Part shown: one piece after another, positions 1 through 12,890 of the stretch
Layout of the letters: every line of letters starts with the position of its first letter
How positions within the stretch are numbered: position 1 is the stretch's first letter
NCBI GenBank assembly: GCA_002633005.1
Contig: NMRA01000131.1
Location: 745,808 to 809,807, forward strand
Reading direction: 5' to 3'
DNA length: 64,000 bases
Source of the DNA: Phoronis australis
Lineage: Eukaryota; Animalia; Phoronida
Translations under genes and position numbers: made by a program
Notes under the pieces: model-generated
The model's database searches: none
The model's input: the letters and a program-made list of their open reading frames with translations, nothing else
Told to the model about the DNA's origin: nothing

Positions 1-625
1 ATGTGAAAGAGCAGCCAACCAAAGCCATCAGTAGGAATGATGTAACTAGCATGCCTGCCAGACAGATACCTCTTGCAGCCATCAACTGGTAATAGCAAAA
101 GACACATCAGAACTGAGACTGTTCATATGACCTATAGGAGACCAGCAACACCACAAGAGGGACAGCCTGACTGGAAACTACATAAAAGTACCAAGTTACA
201 AGAACTGCATAATTGTAGCAGCCTGTTGGAACAAGCGACCAATTGTTGACATGTAGAATGGACAGAAGCCAATGGACTTATTGTTTACAGTCAAAGGGCA
301 ATGACACTATTCAAGAACTTCATTGAACACTTTGAAATGTCAGTATAATAAATAGTGCACTTAATTAAAAAAAGTGAATAAATATCATTGGGGGAGGGTC
401 CTTCTAATGGGGGTTATAACAGTGCGTGTGTATGTAAAAGTTTCTGAACTGAACAAATTTGACTAAACTAAGGAAAATTTCGGTGAACACAATATTCATT
501 TCTTTTTTTTTTAAAGCAATTGTAAGCAGTCTGATACACATTGTACCAGTTGTATGCAGGCCGCGCATGTGGGCCCATTACACTACTCACCTGGAACCGT
601 TGTATGCTTTAACAGTGTATATATA

Positions 626-3054
626 CCGTAATCGTTCGGGTTAACACCCTGGGCGGTTAAATTGGCGAATTCAAAAAATCGGGGGAGGGCGGTTAACCGA
701 GCAGTGAGCGGTTAAATCGAAAATCCACCTAAAGTAGGGGATGGGCGGTTAACCGAACATGGGCGCTTATTACGACAGACAACCGCCCTGGGCGGTTAAT
801 CTTACCTGGCGATCTAAATCCCGACACGACAATCATACTCGGAACGCGTAGCCCTTTTCAAAGAGCTTTATCGTCACGTCGCTAAATGACTGTGAAAACA
901 TCATAACAGCGGATGATCCCAACAAAGGTTCTCTTGCCCTCAGATTAGTCATTCACTATTAAATTTACAAAATTGCTGAGTATGATAGCCCCGTGCCGTC
1001 CTGCGGTGCGCAGACGACCAGTGACCTCGCAGCCTCCACTAGAATAAAAACTGTCTCATGATGTGACCCTGCTTAAGTGCGCGCGTGCAAGCTTCACGTG
1101 GTGCAGAGGTCAGACATCAAATTTATGGTTACAGTCTCGTATTATATGTAGCTGTCAAGTTCTGACTCAGACAGCAGTTTTAAAATTGGTTGTAATAAAA
1201 ATTTGAAAAACTTAACTCTGTTTTTTTTTGTGTTTGGGATGTTATAGTCGACACTCCGTGACTCAATGACATTTTCAGCGTATGGTTCTGCGGCTAGCTG
1301 TCTTATCTCGACAGCCCGGCATTGCTCTCTTGCCGTTGCGCCAAACATGCTATGCAAGGAAGTAAGACAAGGATCGGGGGTGGTCGAGCCAGTCGTCGAT
1401 CAAGAATAAAATTTCAAGCAACTGCATAAATATGTTACAAAATGTCAGAAAACAGCAATGTTTCAATTCATTATTCTAAACGATCATCTTACCAAACTTC
1501 GTGGTGGAAAAACATTTATTTTTCAGGCAAGATGTCCAGATTATCCTATTTATATCACTTGTAATATCGCACTGCGGCACTGTTCGGTCCCGCTGTTATC
1601 GCGCAATGTCTCAGTCGGCTGACAATCGTGATTTGGAAATGCCGTCACGTAATATAATGGCCTCTTTCAATATGCATCTCGTTTTTTATGGCCAAAGATA
1701 GTGGCGGTATTCAGCACGCACGTAGGGACTACGTGTGAGTCACCTGTCAATCACATGTTGGTGTCAAGGTAACAAGAACTCCAAAGTGTGGGAACTTTAG
1801 TGCGCACATGCACCACTACAAATCAGTCACACATAGCGACAGTCCGAAGTAACAAAAACGGGTGTGACTATGTGCTTTTAGCTGTTGTTAGGAAAGACCC
1901 AGTTCTTTACGATATTCCTCCGTTGCCAATGTTCCCCAAAACTGCGATGTCAAGTCTATTGCCATATTTCCCGGCTCGATGCTCCCTAAGCCCATCCCTT
2001 TAACTAGCTGTGTGAATCTCCTACCCACTATCGTCAAGCAGTCTACGTCGTAGATATTTCAGACTCGAATGGTAAGAATTTTTGTTCAGGCTGAAAATGG
2101 CCATTGTATAAACAAAATTATTCTGGATGGCTAAAAAGGGGATGTGGAAACGATAATTCACACAGTCACGCTTACGTGCAGACTGACGCAAGAAGAGTAA
2201 AGAACAGTCAGCGACATTAGTTAAATCTGCTAACCAGTTTGACTGAGATGCAATAAGCGAAAAACAAAATTTGACTAGCCGTTTTTTATTACTTCAAAAT
2301 TATACACAAACATACATTATTGCCAACGTTTGAATTCAGAAATTGACAGGCAGCAACAAAATCGGTAACCGAGTAAGGAACTTGTACTGTCCCTTCGGTC
2401 GCCCCACATCCTCTATAACCCGGCAGTTATATTCATCAAAATATTGAGAATTTGACATCTTTCCGTGAGTTGTGAGATTTGTTCAAATCACGAGAGCTTC
2501 CCACCTTAATAGAATTTGGACGGTTGGCAAAACCATTGTCACATTTTTCTGGCCTGATTTTTTCGAATATATGTTTTATCTAGTGCACTGCAGACGGAAA
2601 CTCAGCGCGGCAGACAAAGTTGCTGAAAGCGGAGGTTTTGACGGTGGCGGCGTTCTTAAACTTTGCAAACACGGGAAGAAAATAAAGAGACAAAAAAGTT
2701 CAAGCATTATATTTTGAAGTGAGTTCATGACCCAAGACAATAACTCGTTACCTGTATTGTAATTCAGATTGCTAAACCACCGTCTCGGGAGTCCCGGCAT
2801 CATTGCACTCATTGTGATCATCGATCTTTTTCTAAAAGTCGGGGAATCGCGCGTTTCCTTAGCACTAGGCGCTAAATCTTCATTCTTTAAAAGTCGGGGA
2901 TGGGCGCTTAACCGAGAGGTGGGCACTTAACTGGAAATCTTCAAAAATCGCACGGGGGGCGGTTAACTGAGCAGTGGGCGGTTAAATCGAAAATCCACTT
3001 AAAGTCGGGGATGGGCAGTTAACTGAGCATGGGCGTTAACCCGAACGATTATGG
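626..3054. mobile_element. Non-autonomous Tc1/mariner-superfamily (Tc2/pogo-like) DNA transposon
   Basis: TIRs CCGTAATCGTTCGGGTTAACACCC (626-649) and GGGCGTTAACCCGAACGATTATGG (3031-3054). TA flanks at 624-625 and 3055-3056. ~120-bp subterminal direct repeats with multiple GGGCGGTTAA motifs. CpG-rich interior with no transposase ORF seen. Confidence 0.85.
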
Positions 3055-3056
3055 TA

Positions 3057-3179
3057 GTTATAAAACCAAGCTGAGGAGCTATAGGCCTAACTCAAACGTC
3101 TAGCAGTGTGCCCAGTGGGACTCAAACCCTCGACCTTCATCATAGCAAGCCGACACTCATCCCAATAGTCCACAGTGCC
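3057..3179 (-). mobile_element. tRNA-derived SINE, 5' part (3' part at ~535-623, on the other side of the transposon)
   Basis: Minus strand GGCACTGTGGACTATTGG (A box) and GGTTTGAGTCCC (B box). Colinear with the copy at 19550-19741. Confidence 0.7.
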
Positions 3180-3237
3180 TTCTCATCCATTTATGTTTTT
3201 ACTAGAATTCATTCCAGCTCTTGCTAAATCTCATTGT

Positions 3238-3699
3238 GGCTACATTTACACGGAAGACAGGTGACGAGGAGTACCTAACCCGGAACAGCTGATCGAGCGC
3301 AAGTGAGTGAGTAAACTCGACTGAAACGGAGCAAGTTGACACCGCGGCAGCCAATTTCGACACTGGTTTGAGACGTAAAGCGAGTTGCACTCGATCACTC
3401 GCTCCAATGTTAAAGACACGTCTCAATACAACTGGAGCAGGGTAGAAAGGGATCATCTCTCAATGCGCTTACTTTATTTAATAGCGTACATACCGCCGGG
3501 TGTACCTGCCATTTCTCTTAAAACAATACTGATATTGTTAATTCGAACGTGCGCAGACTGTGTTCATGTGATTGAATTTCGTCCTGATCAAGTTTGCCAT
3601 AATGTCGTGTAAATGCGACTTAAGTGGAGCAAGTCGCACACTGACCACTGACATGATGACAACTGACACGATGACAACTGTTACTCCTGTAAAAGCGGC
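3238..3699. mobile_element. Possible MITE (Harbinger-like ends)
   Basis: CpG-rich block bounded by imperfect inverted ends GGCTACATTTACACGG and CCTGTAAAAGCGGCT, with an internal CGTGTAAATGCGACT. Confidence 0.35.
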
Positions 3700-4419
3700 T
3701 TAAAATCTCAACAGGTGTCGTTCTATCCATGTTGTCAAAGTCCTGATCACTTACTAAGTACCCGGTACATTACAGAAATATACAATCAGGGTTAGGCACG
3801 ATAACACTCTCATTAAACTCTGACAAAGGTTCAACAAAAGTGATATTTTATTGTGACAAAACCTCAACTCAACAGCTAAATGATCCTGGCAAGATGTTTA
3901 TCAAAGATTGCCAGTCTAGTAGTGTTCTGTTGGAGTCTGGTTTATTTTATGAACTGCTGTAAAGCTCACTACAACATCAGGTGTGCCGGGTCGAAAAACA
4001 GTTTCCGACCTTGAGACTCTCCGTAACATCACAAGACAACTGAAGCTTCCGATACAAAAATCTGCACAGCAGTACTATTACCGTGCTCATGCCTATCCAT
4101 GCCACATAATTCATAACTGATTTTTCAGTAAACTTACGTACTTAAACTGCGTCAAAAAGTTAATCAAAATGCCCATGATACCTTTGGACTGTTACACAGA
4201 CTATTTTCAGCCATTTTCTGTTGTCTAGTACTGTAGATCTCATGTTTGAACAATAGATAATTCTAATAAATTGAATATTTTAGTTCAATACAGGTCAGCA
4301 AAAACAGAATGCCTACAACCCTACAGGAAAAAAATGTAACAAAGCTGTCAATAACAAACATTTTTTACCCATATTTACAACATCAGGAGACCTTGACATA
4401 AATGTCATTTACCCATGAT

Positions 4420-4893
4420 CAGGCCTTTATGCAGCGTATGTCCTGGGCGGCCAAATGGACGCCCTAGCACTAATATGGATGCCCTTGGCCCCAATGTATC
4501 ATTTGGACACCCACTGTCAATAGGAACCTTTCAAGTTTGGACTGGCACATTGTAATGAACACTAGGAAGCCTCTGAAGGCTCACAGTGGGGGCTCTTTTT
4601 TCAAAGCAGGAAGAAATATACAATGTATATACAAAGTATATACAATGTTGCTATGCTCACACTTGGTTGATAGCATTGTAAGTCTTACAGTTTTTTTAGT
4701 GAAAATGCTCACTACAGAAGGCTGTTCCGTAAACTTAGAAGCAAAAACCTTGGTCTATGCATTTTTGTAAAAAAAATCTGTGTTTGGGGGGATTGCTGGG
4801 GGTGGGGGGTTACACGTCGGAATCATGGACGCCCTGGAATATTGGGAACCCCATTTTGGACGCCCTATTTTCGAAATCCTGGATAAAGGCCTG
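4420..4893. mobile_element. hAT-type MITE (474 bp)
   Basis: TIRs CAGGCCTTTATGCAG and CTGGATAAAGGCCTG. 8-bp TSD CCCATGAT (4412-4419) and CCCACGAT (4894-4901). Subterminal TGGACGCCCT motifs repeated at both ends. Confidence 0.85.
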
Positions 4894-5556
4894 CCCACGA
4901 TGCAATGCACAATCTTCCAAACCAAATGTAAAATACTTATAGCAAACAAAAGCCGCATTAAACCAGGTCAGTAACCTATTGGTTCCGTTCTCATCAAGGT
5001 TTGCCAACTCAAAATTCTTAAATTTTCACTTTTAAACGTCTACCCCAAATTTTTATATTTAACGCTACTCATTTACATTTGAGTAACCAACGGGTCAGTT
5101 TCAGCAGGACCAGTGGCCCTGTCCAGACAAGGAACAGACATACTGTTTGAAGAAAAGGTGATACAAATTCTAATATCGTCATAGTTGTGTGCAAAAATGG
5201 TAATCAATCAGGTGAGTGATTTGAACTTTCTGGTTAAAGTCCACCTCCATTTCTCAAAAGTTTTTAAACGCACATATACTGAGTTTAATGCCTACCCCCA
5301 CCTCCAATGTTTCAGTTACCCTATTCAAGTACCCTGGCCATTGACCCAGACCTGTTACAAGGATGATAACCTCTTTTCCAACTCAAATCTACATTCCCTC
5401 CAAGGATATTTCAGCAACATTTAGCTGATGAATTAACATGCACTTAACTAAATCAATCCTAAATGCAATGGAATCAAAACATTTTACTCAGAAACGCTGT
5501 TGTAAACAAAACAACCAGCGAATTTATGTAATGGACCTGTGACTTTTAACTCTTAC

Positions 5557-5606
5557 CTCTGAAGGTTTTCTGGCACTAGAACCAGCCAAGTTAGTGCCTC
5601 TGCGCC
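5557..5606 (-). CDS. Candidate 50-nt internal coding exon of the unidentified left gene
   Basis: Pyrimidine tract (tttttctttgttctctatctgtcttgtc), acceptor gtccag|GG and strong donor GAG|gtaaga. Phase-compatible with the 11975 donor, giving ...RDFFG-RRGTNLAGSSARKPSE. A second AG 8 nt upstream is also open in that phase. Confidence 0.35.
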
Positions 5607-8600
5607 CTGGACAGCTACACCAAGACCATTCCAGACAAGACAGATAGAGAACAAAGAAAAATCTAGTTGTCGCTCTCAGGAGGAATACTTTAATTACCAC
5701 CAGAGAAGTGTATTATAATCAATAGTAGTGGCTCAGTGACAGTTCCTTTGTTAGACAGAGATAGTACAAGACATGCCATTAAGTACCACATGAATTACCC
5801 TCCTAACGACAAATTACTCCATAGGACAGAAGCCATGCAGTCTAAGTTTACCTCAGAATTTACCAAGCATTAGTACAAAATCAATACAGCAATCAGTCAC
5901 AATTTAATTTTGATTAATCTTTAAGTTTCCTTCATTTACTCTAGGATCTGTGAACTGCTGAAGACAGCATGTGCCAGTCGTGTTATTTATGGAGGCATAC
6001 CCCCACAGAGTGAACCCCCTCCCTAGGCAAGCAAGCAAAGTAGTTCAGCCACAAACTGTCAATTCTGTAATAACACCAACTAAATGAAGTAAAGCACCAA
6101 TAAAAGAGGTGATAGATAGTATGTAAGCATGTGTTAAAGGTATCTGTGGACAAGACAGTCATTGAAATCTTCGACCATTTGGTGGACAACTGTGAAGAGA
6201 TCTCATTAATAAATGACCCCCTACATTGCGTACAGACACAGGAGTAATGAGCACTTGGCAGTATCATATTCTGATAACGTTCGGAAGTACACTGCACCTC
6301 GATTAAGTACTGCGGTGTAAACTGACCTCAGACCGGATCAAGCTATTCAAAAGTAAAGCTAAGCTCTAGTTAGACTGTCACTGCAGTCACAAATAAATTG
6401 CAATGCGACAAAATGTGTTGTGTCTCGGGCAAACAAAAGATCATATCTGATAACAATGCATTTTCATTGTTTTCACCAACCCTAATATGACCGGCGTAGT
6501 CGCAAACAGATTTCAATGCAATCAAATGTTTTGTGTCTACAGCAAAGAATAGATAGTCTGACAGAATTGCACTTTGATTGATTTTAGTCGTATTTAAGTA
6601 TAATTTTCCCCAAATAAACAGGTACTATATACAAAGTCAACAGTTCCATCCCATGTGAGTGATGCACATTTAATGGCAATCACAGCAGACTTTTAAAACT
6701 GACTGACTGCCACTGACCAAGATAAAATGTAATTACTTTCAATTATTTTCGTGTTATATATTGTGATCTCCAGCATCGCTACACTTTAATTTGATCATTA
6801 CAAACAGTACAGGGTCATCAAAGCCCCAACTCTAGATTTATAAGACAAGCTTATTTCCACTGAGACCTACATATTTTCTGACAGCTATCTAAGGATCACT
6901 AGCACTAAATGCAAAATTAAGTTCTTTGATCACTGTTAATAGGATAACATAACCTTTAATTGGCAACATAAAATGAAAAAAGTCAGTCAACACGTATTAA
7001 TGAAGAAATATCTAGACAAATATCTAGACTAATACAAGAAAAATAGTCGCCACTTAAGAGTTAACACATGACTTGCTCTCATAATTTAATACTTCACATT
7101 TTTACCCATTTTTACTTGCAGCAAACAGTTTGCTTGGTTGGTCAGTAAAATCTGCCTCTTGCTTAAAAACATTTATGTCTGACATAAATAAATTATGTAC
7201 AGTATTATTCTATAATTACCTCACACATAATCAAATTGAAACTTATATATATTCCCCGACTTGGTTTTACATATATCTCCATCATTTAAAACAAAGATAA
7301 TTTGTTTGGTCACCAATTACCTTACCGCGATGTGGTATTATTTTATGTACACCAGGAGTGATGTCACCTGCAGGACACTCTCTCCTGCCCCTGGTTCTAA
7401 TATGTTCAACTATTTCTGGAAAGGGTTGCTTGATGCATTATGTCTATACAGAGGTCTATCTCTAATACAAGCACTAAGGATTCAGCTAAGTTTCGATTTA
7501 CAGACACCAACTTCCTTCACACATTCAGACTGCTGTCATAAGGAGGGCAGATAAGAGGTCAACTGAAGAGGTGAAGACTACAAAGCCCGATAGGGCCCCA
7601 AGACAGCCATGCAGACAACAGGAAGTCTTTTTAATTGCACACGAAATTGCTTTACACAAAACATTAGTGTACAGACAGGAACTACTGGGTAACCTATTAA
7701 CATATACCATACTACTATTTCAGCTGAAATGGAAACCAAGAAATAGCACAATAAGGTCTCGAAAGTTTCTTTTTCATACATAGTTGCAACAGATTACTGT
7801 CATCATAAGTTGAAATACCACCAGAGATAGATGTCTGGCAAACAAATATTGCCAGGTAAAGCAGGGAGTCAGTTAACACTGTTACACCCCTGTAAGTGAC
7901 TATTAAAGAGGCTTCTATATTCGCCTGTACCGATTTGTTTGAGAATGGAGCCATTTTTATTGTGGTATGGAAAAATACGAGTAACCTGTTCTATAATGTG
8001 CATTTAAAGCAGAACACTAGTGTCTTTTATGCTAGGTGTGCATGGTAAGAACACAGATCTCTGGTTATTTGGACATACATTTTTCCACCTTCTGTTACCC
8101 AATCCCCCAGGCCTGTATTTACAGTAGAAAGTTAAGTAAACCAAACCCACCCCCCACCCCAATTGCAAAGTCAACGACCTAACTTGAGAAAATCTAATTA
8201 CAACATGTGTCTATAAAAACACAAGAAACAATAACACAGGGTATAACATACAGTTCAAACAGACAATCTTGGTCAACATGCATTTATCTCGTTATCACAT
8301 CAACACACCAGGAGGTGTATACAGGTTAGACAAGGTAGATGTCACATCCTGTCTATCACCCTTCTGTTGACACAGTTCATTGATAACCAGCCTATGATTA
8401 CAATACACAAGACACTACAGCATGTAGTCATATTTTCAAGGTTTAAACCAAGGGAGAGGGTATTGGCAACATGCTATACATCAAAACCAAAGACAAAGGG
8501 GGTAATACAGTAAAATAGAACCAAATTTGGAAAGATTGAGGCAAACTAGAGAAATTTTGTTTTTTCATTTTTTTGAAGATAAGTAACAACAAATTGAATA

Positions 8601-8628
8601 TTCTGTTTTCAAATTCTAATTTTATGAG

Positions 8629-8693
8629 TATAGTTACCTTAATATATTCCTTCTTAAACCCGCTTTAAGAAGGAATATACATAGGCAACTATA
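8629..8693. repeat. 65-nt hairpin
   Basis: Perfect 16-bp stem TATATTCCTTCTTAAA / TTTAAGAAGGAATATA around loop CCCGC, extended by TATAGTTACCT / AGGCAACTATA. Confidence 0.8.
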
Positions 8694-8823
8694 AGGTAAT
8701 GTATAGGAAATATGATTAGTGCTTTACACCTTTAAGCTCACAAGCCTGTAAGAATTCTTTGAAAAATGATTTAAAGTCAATTTTGGCACTTATATTTGTG
8801 TTAAATTGGTGACATTTTACCGT

Positions 8824-8935
8824 ACCATAAAACTTCGGGTTAATACTCATGCTCACATAACTCCCCATCCCTTATTTTGAAAATTTTTGCGATCAAGAGC
8901 GGTAAGTGCCCACTGAACAACTAAGCGCCCACTTT
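8824..8935 (-). mobile_element. Diverged end fragment related to the Tc2-like element at 626-3054
   Basis: TACCATAAAACTTCGGGTTAATACTCATGCTCACATAACTCCCCATCCC resembles the reverse complement of 3007-3056. Confidence 0.55.
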
Positions 8936-8963
8936 CTACTCATGAGAATGTTCAAAATCAGCA

Positions 8964-9030
8964 CTACACCATTCACACACATTCATACACATGCACACAC
9001 ACACACAGCACACACATGCACACACATCCA
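8964..9030. repeat. Imperfect (CA)n microsatellite
   Basis: CACACACATTCATACACATGCACACACACACACAGCACACACATGCACACAC. Confidence 0.8.
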
Positions 9031-11974
9031 TACAATTAAAGAGGGTATACAAGGCCTTAGCTGTAGTTCAAAGAAGTTTTACATGGATATTTTTACAACA
9101 GGAGCGAGTTACCAAATTTGAACTGAGAACAAAAGGATGCAGTTTGCCCTGATATTTATCTAACTTTGCAACACTTTGATGACACTTGTGTGGCAGGTCA
9201 GTCCCAAAATTTTGGTGGGTGTTTTTGCAATGTGTAGTTCCCCTCCCTCAAATTGCATACTTAGCTCAAATACACATCACATGTCAGTTAGAGAAAGTCC
9301 ATTCAACTTTTGCATTGGCAAAAAGCCTTGCAGTAAATATTGTTCAACTGCAGGTCCATCTGTGCCCTTCAAAAGGTCAAAGGTGGCCAAGCCAACTGCA
9401 CATGTTCAGGTATGCATCTATAAAAAACTTCTAGCAATTTATGATTTAAATTCACACCTTCGGTTATAAAACCCACCCACCCCCCCTCAACCCCCCATTT
9501 TCCATGTTCGTCAATTAAACGCCCACACCTAGTACAATAAAACATGAAAAATACATACCACAAAGTAATGATTTAAAACTTAAGCTATTATTAAAAGACA
9601 AAATTAATTTTTAAAGATCGAGTCCTACACAATTTATCGGCAATTAAACAGGTTGATAATTATGGATTCAATACAAACTAACAACTATGTGCAAAATAAA
9701 CTCAAGAGGGGGAGGAGTTTAAAAGAAATAGTGATACAATGTTTCCATTCAAATTAATTCTTCTCACCTTAACTGATACATTCTTGATGGAATAATGTTG
9801 TTATATCTTCAAGGTGAATAGAAGCCAGGCAAAGGTATCTGGCTGAATGTCGCTTATCAATATTTTAATCAGCTATTTACGGTATCTAATTGAAAAACTG
9901 AATCTCAAATGGAATTTATCTGTAAATAGATCTCCGGCTCAAATAAACTAACATTAGCTGCAATTCAATCTTAACAGAAATTTTCGGACTATGAACTCCT
10001 TCACAAAGCCTACAGTTCACAATACTTAGCTCAGGTGAAAATTCTTTCCCTTTTGTCCAATGAAAGCTAATGCTAATCTCATCAAGTATGTTTTAGATTC
10101 CAAGTTTAAACATTACATATAAAAACCACAAGTCCTGCAATAAAAGAAAAGACACTTCCAGTTGTTTTCACAACTATTTGACACTAAGAATAATCCATGC
10201 CATGGATATTTCAATTAGAAAACCATTTTTGAACTAAGGCAACAATGCTTCAGTTTGGGATTGTCTTCAAAATATGGGACACCAAAATTCAAGCTGAAAT
10301 TGAGCTTTCCCGATTCAGAAATTTGGGACATAGTCCATTTTTCCATTTATCATGTTTCTCAAACTAATGCGTTTTTCCATAACAGGATCTGAAAACTGAC
10401 TTGGTAAGTTCACTGGTAAAAAGTAACAAGTCGGAAAATCTGCCACCTTAATTCTCACCGCCCTAGTAGTGTGTACTTCCAACAGAATGGTTGTTGTGCA
10501 TCTCTTGCACATTTATTTCCAATATCACCATATCAACTCACAAATTTCAGATATCACTAACTCTGCCGTTTTTCTCACAACTGTTGAATTTGGAACGGCT
10601 AACCCGAAAATTTCTTAAATTTGGTACAGTTGAGCAATATAATTATTTTTTCAATCCTAACTGCACATTGTTCACCACAATTTTTACGATCTGTTCTATT
10701 AAAAGCCATTGTGAACACTAGCACAACACCTATTTACCTGAGATAGACATTTAGTGTCTTTATTCTTCATGACCTGCATAGACTACTTCTTCAACAAGTT
10801 ACCGATTTTATCCTTAGTCCTTACCCCCATTTCAGTGTACACTGTTTGACTCCTTGTAAATGGCGTGTTACTGACTCAGGTTGTATTTAGCATTATAGTA
10901 ATAATTAATATAACCCTAACACACTTTTGTTTGTCAATCTCACGTGCACGACAGAGGAATAGTTTTTTGGCCACACACTTTGACTACATCCCTGCAACCC
11001 ATGGTCATAAATAATAGACACTACCCATTGTATTTTTAGAGTGTTTTTTTTTTCAAACGGAGTGTGGAGTGTAACAGGAAGTTGGATTTGCATACGAAAC
11101 AACAGGGTCTATCTAATCACCAGCATAACATAAAAGAGGAAACAAGTTCATTGGTTCAAAAAGTTGCTAATTTAGGAACAGGAACTATAAGCAGACTAAC
11201 TACAGAGGGAGCAGTGTAAACAATGAAGTCTAAAAAGAACCCTTTGGCAATAAATATTTATAAAACTGGATAAAGGGCATGGGATTGGTGTACGTGACAA
11301 GAAATATAAACAAATGAAGAAACATATACAAACCTGAATTGTATGGGAGGAAGTGGTAATTCTCTGCGACCCATGAAGCTAAAATTCTTAAGTAGACCCG
11401 GGCAAAAAGAGGAGATGGCCTACACTATTGAAAAACTCAAAAACGAATCTATACAACATGCCAAAAGACACGATAAGAAGTACAACAAAAGAAAGAAATC
11501 AGGTTTTACTTCATATCTTTATGACCTCAGAATTGTACAGTCAATAGTGACCACACTTGGTATATGAGAAAAGGCCTGTAATGGCCCTGAGGCTAGAGTC
11601 TGAGAATGGCTTATTTACTGCCTTATCTGTCTGGCAGTTTCTTTATCAGCATTCAAAGTAAATTAAGTCCATTAAGAATGAATATTGCTTTTATCTAACA
11701 TTGCCAACCTGTCCCAGGTGACAGCTTTGGCATTGAAACGGTACTAAAGACATGTTAAGCTCCCTTTATCATGAAAAACATAAACTCCCCATAAACAAGA
11801 AGATGGTGAATTGCCTAGCAAAACATTTGCCTTGAGAATGAGTTATTCTTGAACCTGCCCTCAATGCCGAGTTATGAAAGAACTTGGGACAAGAAAGCAA
11901 TAACTCATAGCAGTGACCTTGGAGATTTCTACAGCTTCAGAAAATTATGTGAATAGCACAAAAAGCATATTTAC

Positions 11975-12281
11975 CGAAAAAATCTCGAAATGACAATGGT
12001 TCCAAGGGCCTGGCCTCGTCATCTTCATCACTGTCAACCTCCATTTGTTCTACGTTGACATCAATACTGGTCTCACGTAATGCCTCGGAGTCTTTGGCCA
12101 GTTGACCACTGACCACTGGCTCAAACAGTCTTGAGCCGTCTTGACCATAAATCCGACCATAACGTAGCGACATTCGTTTCCACTTGTCTGCCATACCAGG
12201 GTCGGTTGCAGAAGAGGCCAAATGATTCAACCTATCCATATAGCTGCTTCGGCCCGAATAATTCAAGCCAAAATGTGACAT
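11975..12281 (-). CDS. Probable first coding segment (102 aa) of an unidentified minus-strand gene continuing left
   Basis: ATG in good context (ATCAACATGT). Protein-like translation MSHFGLNYSGRSSYMDRLNHLASS...EQMEVDSDEDDEARPLEPLSFRDFF. Locally higher GC, ending at donor TTCG|gtaaat (phase 1). No family recognised. Confidence 0.6.
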
Positions 12282-12890
12282 GTTGATAAATTGCGATGAG
12301 TCTATGCAGTGTATCGTTATCAGGTTATTATCTCCGCCTCACTAATCTCACCACACAGTTGATACCCCAGTACTTCAAATTACTATACCTGTGGAGTTAC
12401 TGGCCACAAAGACGTTATTGTTTTCATTTCAAAATCAGTGTAACACTGTCTCAGTCTTGTAAAAGTCAGCTAGCCAACGGAGCACAGGAGCGAATCCAGG
12501 CAAAAAATATTATAGCAGACAGAAACCTTGGTTGGCTGATCGGATTTCAAATTAGTTGACAGCTCCTCACAAAAGCGAGTCCAATAAAACTGCCAGGCCC
12601 TCCAAAGGCATGGAGCGAAATGCACAGCTTGTGAGAACTTGCAATATAATAAGTCGTTATCATCCCCGGACTGCTGGGCTCAGCAACAACATGAAAGGTC
12701 AATGAATTCAATGCAGCAGATAGCATTGTCTTACTACCATACTTCTTGATAACAGTGTAATTGTTGATCCTAAATGAACATGTCCTCTTAACTGCACCAC
12801 AGTTCAAACTGACGCTTGACACGCCACTGCAAGAATCTTTGAAAAACTGACAAACTGAGTCCCCAGATGACAACAAAAGTTCCGGTTGAC
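12282..12890 (-). other. Putative 5' leader part of the same 916-nt exon, with multiple uORFs
   Basis: Acceptor gtttttgtgacag|GTC at 12890. Continuous higher-GC sequence into the ORF at 12281, with several upstream ATGs. Confidence 0.45.

Noticed and set aside
1-440. Possible Gypsy LTR-retrotransposon 3' end (RRP..QPDW-like peptide, purine tract near 388-415)
   Set aside because: No intact frame, no clear TG..CA LTR, and it is truncated by the window edge.
1788-2003. LLAVVRKDPVLYD resembling the start of a MADF domain inside the transposon
   Set aside because: The match is only a few residues, the downstream conserved Trp helices are absent, and there is no ATG start.
3057-3179. Possible tRNA gene
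   Set aside because: A and B boxes are present but there is no proper cloverleaf. It continues into a body shared with 19550-19741, so it is a SINE.
12180-12281. Resemblance of SYMDRLNHLA..MADK to the NT5C2 or CREBRF N-termini
   Set aside because: Too few identities, and the diagnostic downstream motifs do not follow. No gene symbol assigned.
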